From a bacterium (GTDB lineage: Bacteria; Zhuqueibacterota; Zhuqueibacteria; Oceanimicrobiales; Oceanimicrobiaceae): a DNA stretch of 20,951 bases. The notes under the pieces were generated by a model. The model saw only the letters and a program-made list of their open reading frames with translations, searched no databases and was not told the origin of the DNA. Location: positions 1 to 20,951 of the forward strand of contig JBHHXT010000075.1 of the NCBI GenBank assembly GCA_046757165.1, given 5' to 3'. This document shows, piece by piece, positions 15,165 to 20,951 of the stretch. The position numbers and the translations under genes are program-made. Within the stretch, counting starts at the first letter, position 1, and each line of letters starts with the position of its first letter.

Positions 15165-15575
15165 ATGCCCGTAATATTTAGTCGAGCTTGTGAATACGCC
15201 GTACGAGGTTTAGTCGAAATGGCACGTCAGCCGGAGACCGAATACTGGACCGTACAGGAGTTGGCGAAACGAACGAATACGCCGGCGCCGTTTCTTGCCA
15301 AAACCTTTCAAAGCCTGGTGAAGCACAAAATTCTGACCTCGTCCAAAGGCCGGCGCGGAGGCTTTGCGCTCCTACGTCCAACCAGAGAATTGACCATCCT
15401 GGACATTGTGCACATCATTGACGGCCCCTCTCTGGCACAGGATTGCGCACTGGGCTTCAGAGATTGCAACAACGAGGACCCCTGCCCTTTCCATGAGCAA
15501 TGGGGACACATTCGTGCAACCTTGCTGGATGCGCTCAGTAGTGAAACAATTGAGGAAGTTGCAAAGCGCATCTAG
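15165..15575 (+). CDS. Rrf2 family transcriptional regulator, IscR-like Fe-S ligand pattern
   Basis: FSRACEYAVRGL, APFLAKTFQSL, SSKGRRGGFAL, LTILDIV; C-x6-C-x5-C-x2-H (CALGFRDCNNEDPCPFH). AGGAG RBS. Confidence 0.93.
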   Translation: MPVIFSRACEYAVRGLVEMARQPETEYWTVQELAKRTNTPAPFLAKTFQSLVKHKILTSSKGRRGGFALLRPTRELTILDIVHIIDGPSLAQDCALGFRDCNNEDPCPFHEQWGHIRATLLDALSSETIEEVAKRI

Positions 15576-16072
15576 GCTGGTTTAGAGAGCTCTGTTCTCA
15601 GATACGCCGCCACATCCTTGATGAACCGGTGAACCGAAGCTTCTGCGATACGGTGCCCCACGACTGCGTCCAGCGCGCCACCAAGCACTCCAAATGGGGC
15701 TTCGTAGCTCCCCAAAAACTCCAGTTGGGTTTCTGTGGCCGTCAGCGGATAAATGGAAAGCTCAGCCTTCATGAACGGAAATAGGCGCGGCATTTTTGCA
15801 GCCTCCCATTCAAGCTGGAGACGAGTAACCGGAGGAGACGTGACCCTTTTGGGGCGGTCTTCGATTTCTCGTACTGAAATGGAGATATCGGTTCCGACCT
15901 CAATGCCACGAACATTCACACGCAATTCGGCCGCCACGGTTTGGGCACGAGATGCGGCAGCCTTTGTCGCGTTACGAAATACAGTAAGCGTATCGACGCT
16001 CAATGCATCTCGAACGGCTTCGTACGGCTGGTTTACGTAGTCGTAACAGCGAATAGTTTTACTCACGGACAT
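15572..16072 (-). CDS. Conserved hypothetical protein (possible SRPBCC/START-like fold)
   Basis: 166-aa ORF with AGGAG RBS, co-oriented with the sdh genes. Beta-rich core, then YEAPFGVLGGALD and a long C-terminal helix. Its stop overlaps the Rrf2 stop at CTAG. Confidence 0.7.
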   Translation of the reverse strand: MSVSKTIRCYDYVNQPYEAVRDALSVDTLTVFRNATKAAASRAQTVAAELRVNVRGIEVGTDISISVREIEDRPKRVTSPPVTRLQLEWEAAKMPRLFPFMKAELSIYPLTATETQLEFLGSYEAPFGVLGGALDAVVGHRIAEASVHRFIKDVAAYLRTELSKPA

Positions 16073-16114
16073 GCTCCTAAAATCGAAATCAGCAAACAGT
16101 CTCGAGTGATTACT

Positions 16115-16609
16115 CTAAAAGAAAGGCTGATGCACTTCTTCTTGCCGTGGCTCTAGCTTATAACGCTCAATTAGGCGAACACAGGTATTCCAACGTAGAA
16201 TGGCATCATCGTTTCCGCTCGGGCGCATGGGTTCAGCTTTCTCGAAATGTTCCATAGCATCCCGGATCCACTCATAAGCGATATATTTGCTGCCGGGTAC
16301 CTGCCTGGTAATGGCCGCTTTTCCTTGACGCTCACAAATAATCCCGGCATAATAACTGCGTTCGTACTCATCATTCAGGCGGGGTAAAAGTTCTCTAGCC
16401 CTTTTTTCACTCGTTGAAGATTCTCTGCTGAATTGGTCTGTGATTGCCAGAAGCAGCATCACGATGGCATCATGGTTTTCCGGCTCGACCTCGAGGATAT
16501 CGAGGCAGATGCTTTCGGCGAGTTGCGGCTCGTTCAGTAAGCGATACGTTTCTGCTCGTGCAAGCGCCGCCGGAATACCCGTTATTGAAAGAGGCTTGAG
16601 TTCAAACAT
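16115..16609 (-). CDS. Conserved hypothetical alpha-helical (TPR-like) protein downstream of sdhB
   Basis: AAGGAG RBS. ALARAETYRLLNEPQLAESICLDILEVEPENHDA and YYAGIICER show helical-repeat character. Confidence 0.75.
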   Translation of the reverse strand: MFELKPLSITGIPAALARAETYRLLNEPQLAESICLDILEVEPENHDAIVMLLLAITDQFSRESSTSEKRARELLPRLNDEYERSYYAGIICERQGKAAITRQVPGSKYIAYEWIRDAMEHFEKAEPMRPSGNDDAILRWNTCVRLIERYKLEPRQEEVHQPFF

Positions 16610-16679
16610 TGGTTTTCTCCTTCTTGGTCATGCTCGGTTGGTTAGTCTCGTTACCGGGACAGTTATTTCTCGAGTTTAC

Positions 16680-17423
16680 TTACCCTGGCCTCAAAGACCG
16701 GAAAAGTTTTTTCACCGGGTCGTAAAACTCATCGACCACACGTTCCTTGAGGGGGATGATGGCATTGTCTGTGATAGCGATCTCCTCCGGGCACACTTTT
16801 GTACAACATTTGGTGATGTTACAGTAACCGATCCCATCCGCCTTCTTCAAATCCTGCAAACGGTTTTCTGAGTCTAATGGATGCATTTCCCACGAAGCAG
16901 CGTAAACGAAAAATCGTGGGCCGATGAACTCGTCGTGTAAATGATGTTCTCGAAGAACATGGCAAACGTCCTGGCACAGAAAGCATTCAATGCACTTGCG
17001 AAACTCTTGTATACGATCGATGTCTTTCTGCGATATGATCCAGGAACCGTCCTCGGTGTCCGGGGGGCGGGGACTGAATTTCTTAATCCGTTTTTTGACG
17101 CCATAATTCCAGGAAACATCCGTGACCAGGTCTCTGATGTGGGGAAACGCCCTCATCGGTTCAATAGTCACCGGCCTGGTAAGATCGATATCGCTAAGTC
17201 GAGACATGCACATGAGCTTTGGGTTGCCGTTGACCTCTGCGGAGCAAGAGCCACACTTACCCGCTTTGCAGTTCCAGCGCACCGCGAGGGTGTGAGCGTG
17301 TTCTTTCTGTATCTGGTGAACCGCATCGAGCACAACCATGCCTTCTGAAATCTCTGTTTGATAATCCTCGAACTCGCCACCATTTCGATCGCCGCGCCAA
17401 ATTTTGAATGTCGCATTAGACAT
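16680..17423 (-). CDS. sdhB: Succinate dehydrogenase/fumarate reductase iron-sulfur subunit
   Basis: CKAGKCGSC..C ([2Fe-2S]), CIECFLCQDVC and CNITKCCTKVCP. TAATG coupling with sdhA. Confidence 0.95.
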   Translation of the reverse strand: MSNATFKIWRGDRNGGEFEDYQTEISEGMVVLDAVHQIQKEHAHTLAVRWNCKAGKCGSCSAEVNGNPKLMCMSRLSDIDLTRPVTIEPMRAFPHIRDLVTDVSWNYGVKKRIKKFSPRPPDTEDGSWIISQKDIDRIQEFRKCIECFLCQDVCHVLREHHLHDEFIGPRFFVYAASWEMHPLDSENRLQDLKKADGIGYCNITKCCTKVCPEEIAITDNAIIPLKERVVDEFYDPVKKLFRSLRPG

Positions 17424-19240
17424 TATTTCATCTCCTCGAGGACTTGTTTCAGATCCGCTCTCATTTCCTGGAGTGCCCTGGCTTCAACCTGCATCTCACC
17501 ATCGACAGTTTTTCGAATGACCATATTAACCTTGCCAGAGACCTCATCTTTTTCAGGAAAATCATCGCGGAAGTGGGCCCCCCGGCTTTCTTTTCGTTCA
17601 ATCGCCGAGCGGGTGATCGCCTCTGAGACGGTAAGCAGATTTTGTAGATCCAGGGCGGTATGCCAGCCGGTATTGTACTCACGATGACCGCTGACCCTGG
17701 CTTGACTCGCCCTGCTCTTTAACTTCTCGAGTTCCTCAACAGCTTGTTCAAGCTCGTGCTCGGTGCGCACAATTCCCACGAGATGCTGCATCATTTCCTG
17801 CAAATCTGACTGAATCTGGTAGGGATTTTCGCCCTCTGGCGTATTGGAGTCAAAGCATTTGACTGCCCGGTTTTGTATCTCGATAATTTGGCCTTCTTCA
17901 ATCCTGCCAGCTTTGGTTTGTTTCGCAAACTCAGCGGCATGCTCCCCTGCCCGCTTGCCGAAAACGAGCAAGTCGGAAAGTGAGTTGCCCCCCAATCGGT
18001 TGGCGCCATGCAACCCGGCAGCACATTCCCCTGCAGCGAAGAGTCCGGGGATGGTCGTCATTTGTGAATCGGGATCGACAAGAATCCCCCCCATGACGTA
18101 ATGAGTCGTAGGCCCGACCTCCATGGGCGCATTTGTGATGTCGATGTCGGCCAATTGTTCAAACTGGTGGTACATACTGGGCAGTTTTTTCTTGATGCGC
18201 TCCTCGGCATTTGGCAGCCTCTCTTTGATCCAGGAGATATCGAGAAACACACCGCCGTGAGGACTCCCCCGGCCTTCCCTTATTTCTCTCACAATGCAAC
18301 GGGCGACATGGTCCCGGGTGAGAAGCTCAGGCGGCCGGCGAGCGTCCTTGTCGCCTTGCGTATAGCGCCAGCCCTCATCTTCATTGTCCGCGGTTTGATT
18401 CTTATACAGTTCCGGAATGTCATCGAACATGAATCGCTTGCCATCTTTATTGCGTAAGACTCCGCCTTCGCCGCGAACGCCTTCGGTTACCAGGATCCCC
18501 CTGACGCTGGGCGGCCAGACCATTCCGGTCGGATGAAATTGCACAAACTCCATATCGATGAGGTCTGCACCGGCATGATAGGCCAGCGAATGACCATCGC
18601 CCGTATACTCCCAACTATTGCTGGTAATTTTGTAGGCTCTGCCAATCCCCCCGGTGGCTAAAATAACTGCTTTGGTGCGAAACAGCTTGAAGCGTCCGCG
18701 CTCTCGCTCATAGCCAAAAGCCCCAACGAGTCGTTCGCCATCCTTCAGCAACGCCACGACGGTAAACTCCATGTAAACATCGATGCCTTGATGGATGCCA
18801 TAGTCTTGCAACGTGCGAATCATTTCCAAACCGGTTCGATCTCCAACATGGGCCAGTCGCGGATATTTGTGTCCTCCGAAATTTCGTTGTAAAATACGTC
18901 CGTCCGTTGTGCGATCAAAAAGTGCTCCCCAGGCCTCCAGCTCACGCACTCTATCCGGGGCCTCCCTTGCATGGAGTTCGGCCATGCGCCAGTTGTTGAG
19001 ATACTGACCGCCTCGCATTGTGTCAGCGAAGTGCACCTTCCAACTATCCCTTTGATCGACATTCGCAAGGGCGGCAGCGATGCCCCCCTCCGCCATGACG
19101 GTGTGTGCTTTGCCCAACAAACTCTTACAAACCAACCCTACCGATACCTTTGCTGCTGAGGCTTCAATGGCAGCCCGCAATCCCGCGCCGCCAGCACCGA
19201 TTACCAGAACGTCATATTCGAAAGTCTCGTATGTTGCCAT
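17423..19240 (-). CDS. sdhA: Succinate dehydrogenase/fumarate reductase flavoprotein subunit
   Basis: DVLVIGAGGAG, KAHTVMAEGG (covalent-FAD His), MEFVQFHPTG, TEGVRGEGG, HYVMGG, HGANRLGGNSL, ESRGAHFR. Confidence 0.96.
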   Translation of the reverse strand: MATYETFEYDVLVIGAGGAGLRAAIEASAAKVSVGLVCKSLLGKAHTVMAEGGIAAALANVDQRDSWKVHFADTMRGGQYLNNWRMAELHAREAPDRVRELEAWGALFDRTTDGRILQRNFGGHKYPRLAHVGDRTGLEMIRTLQDYGIHQGIDVYMEFTVVALLKDGERLVGAFGYERERGRFKLFRTKAVILATGGIGRAYKITSNSWEYTGDGHSLAYHAGADLIDMEFVQFHPTGMVWPPSVRGILVTEGVRGEGGVLRNKDGKRFMFDDIPELYKNQTADNEDEGWRYTQGDKDARRPPELLTRDHVARCIVREIREGRGSPHGGVFLDISWIKERLPNAEERIKKKLPSMYHQFEQLADIDITNAPMEVGPTTHYVMGGILVDPDSQMTTIPGLFAAGECAAGLHGANRLGGNSLSDLLVFGKRAGEHAAEFAKQTKAGRIEEGQIIEIQNRAVKCFDSNTPEGENPYQIQSDLQEMMQHLVGIVRTEHELEQAVEELEKLKSRASQARVSGHREYNTGWHTALDLQNLLTVSEAITRSAIERKESRGAHFRDDFPEKDEVSGKVNMVIRKTVDGEMQVEARALQEMRADLKQVLEEMK

Positions 19241-20044
19241 TTAGAAAATCCTCGAGTCAGACCAAATTCCCATTGAACACATTCGCACGTAAACATCAGA
19301 AAATCCAACCCAGAAAAGGCTCATCCAGGCCCACACCATGTGGCGACGGTTGAGACAGCTCACACAATCATAAGCCGTGAGGCGAATCGGCGAACCGGAC
19401 AACCGATTGAGGACCCCCCCAACCAAATGCCGTAAGGAGTGGCAGCCGAGCGTGTAGCCTCCCAGAAAGAAGACATTCGCCGCTAAAACAAGTGTGCCGA
19501 TCCCAATCCCGAAGACGATCTTTCCCGTACCGGGGTCGGTAAACCACATGGCTTTCCAAACATCATGGGAGAGAAAAACGAGGAAAACCAGCGCAAGATA
19601 CAAAAAATATCGATGCATATTTTGAATGATCAAAGGGAAGGAACCCTCACCGCGATAATTCTTCCGCGGTTCCCCAACAGTACAGGACGGCGGATCCGCC
19701 CAGAACGCTTTGTAATAAGCGCCACGATAGTAGTAACAGGTCAGTCGAAATCCGCCAGGAGCCCAAAGGATCAAGAAAGCCGGAGACCACGGCAAAAAAA
19801 GCGGCCACCACTGCGGCTTCGGTCCAAACCAGCTATGCGGTGAGCTTCCGAAGATTTCCGGAGAATAGAATGGCGACAAGTAGGGTCCGAATGCATAATG
19901 CTGAGCTTGAAAGGCCGCCCAGGTGGAATAAACAATGAAGGTGGATAGACCCACGAATACAACAACAGGTTGCAACCACCAGGCATCCGTGCGCATGGTC
20001 TGACCAAAACCACCCGCAGTCACCCGCAATTCAGATTTTGTCAT
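19241..20044 (-). CDS. Succinate dehydrogenase membrane anchor, mycobacterial Sdh1 (Rv0249c/SdhF)-like
   Basis: RTDAWW, YLSPFYSP, FRLTCYYYRGAYYKAFWADPPSC, FPLIIQNMHRYF, YTLGCHSLRHLVGG, LNRRHMVWAWMSL. About five TM helices. Directly abuts sdhA. Confidence 0.88.
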   Translation of the reverse strand: MTKSELRVTAGGFGQTMRTDAWWLQPVVVFVGLSTFIVYSTWAAFQAQHYAFGPYLSPFYSPEIFGSSPHSWFGPKPQWWPLFLPWSPAFLILWAPGGFRLTCYYYRGAYYKAFWADPPSCTVGEPRKNYRGEGSFPLIIQNMHRYFLYLALVFLVFLSHDVWKAMWFTDPGTGKIVFGIGIGTLVLAANVFFLGGYTLGCHSLRHLVGGVLNRLSGSPIRLTAYDCVSCLNRRHMVWAWMSLFWVGFSDVYVRMCSMGIWSDSRIF

Positions 20045-20410
20045 AAGCAGAACTCCGCCTTAGTCATGCGTTAAAGGAATCTGTCTGGATCGTTCCCGGG
20101 AGCCATAAACGGGGAAAGGAAAACAAGATGTCCTAGAGTTGGCCTTTAGAGAGAAGCATGCTGAGATAGCTGATTTCACAAAAGGCCTTGACTCATCCCA
20201 GATTCGTACCTTATTAAATAGCAAATCAATTAAAGAATTGCAAGAAAAAGCTCATTCGAAAAAAGAGTGTACATGAATTGAACTTCAGTCCACTAACGAA
20301 CCATGACAGTACTGAGAGCCATTCCAAGCGCTCTTGTACGGATGGACTGTTGGTTGAAGAACTAGGATGACGCCCTGCGCAACATACCCTTAGTCCACCG
20401 CTCCGCCCCC

Positions 20411-20876
20411 TCAGGAATACCAGACGCCCTGATGCTTTGGCAGGTAAAAAACCGGCAGAATGCCCCCCAAATAAGAAAAAGCGGAGGCGCCGAGTCCGAG
20501 AAGATCCGCGCCGTGATATTGGTCATCCTGGTAGACGAATTGCCGGGGCCGGCCATTGCGAACAGCCGTATAGGCGCTCCTGAGGGGATAGCCTGCCGCT
20601 TCCAGACGTACAAATACACGCCGCAATCGTTCTCGCTTCACTGGCCAGGAGGCCAGCGATTCGCTCAACCTGTCAGCTGTACTTCCGATACAGATGTGTG
20701 TTCTCAGGCATTGGCATCTCAAGTTGATAAATTGTAATGCTGTCAGGCGCCATCGCAATAGTGCGCTCGAGACTTTCATCGAAAGAGGTGTCGGTCTCCC
20801 CAGGCAATCCAATCATCAAATCGAGGTTCACGACCTCAAAGCCCACCTGGCGGATGGTTTGTTTCGTCTTTCGCAC
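20411..20876 (-). pseudogene. Degenerate HemN/HemW-like (coproporphyrinogen III oxidase family) radical SAM gene, C-terminal part
   Basis: VGFEVVNLDLMIGLPGET..PDSITIYQLEMP in one frame (stop at 20673), continued in another frame by LEAAGY..SAYTAV..FVYQD..GADLLGLGASAFSYLGG. Frameshift near 20680. No intact 5' portion in the window. Confidence 0.8.
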
Positions 20877-20951
20877 ATTATTCAGCGTTTTGTTGAATGA
20901 AGTCCAAATTATTCAAGCCCAACAGTTTTTCCTGCTTTACGCGTATAGAGT

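Noticed and set aside
20185..20245. Sigma70 promoter for the sdh operon (minus strand TTGCAA-N17-TATTTA)
   Set aside because: The -10 match is weak and lies in an AT-rich stretch, so it is not distinguishable from chance.
20673..20675. TGA as selenocysteine or readthrough in the HemN-like gene
   Set aside because: Similarity continues in a different frame, not in-frame past the TGA.

Overview
Bacterial respiratory and redox region, almost all on the minus strand. Left to right: (1) a seven-gene module that reads, in transcription order from 10442 down to 332, type-1 copper cupredoxin-like protein > cytochrome bd subunit I-like membrane protein with no subunit II > dihaem cytochrome c > monohaem membrane cytochrome c > dihaem cytochrome c fused to an EbdC/NxrC-like haem-b domain > split-barrel PNPOx-like protein > tandem-USP protein with a rubredoxin-like knuckle and five PCP-reductase-like repeats. 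Its front half resembles the electron-transfer genes beside nitrite oxidoreductase in anammox bacteria and the bd-like oxidase clusters of Nitrospira, but no molybdoenzyme is in the window. (2) A near-consensus sigma54 promoter with twin enhancer-like palindromes, next to an NtrC-family response regulator and a Cache-HAMP-PAS histidine kinase. (3) A divergent IscR-like Rrf2 regulator. (4) A mycobacterial Sdh1-like (type F) succinate dehydrogenase operon with two conserved hypothetical genes. (5) A decayed HemN-like radical SAM gene. Intergenic spaces carry REP-like hairpins, two CTAG-bounded MITE-like elements, 8-10 bp periodic repeats and a truncated four-helix-bundle gene. All family assignments come from motif recognition by eye; no database searches were run.
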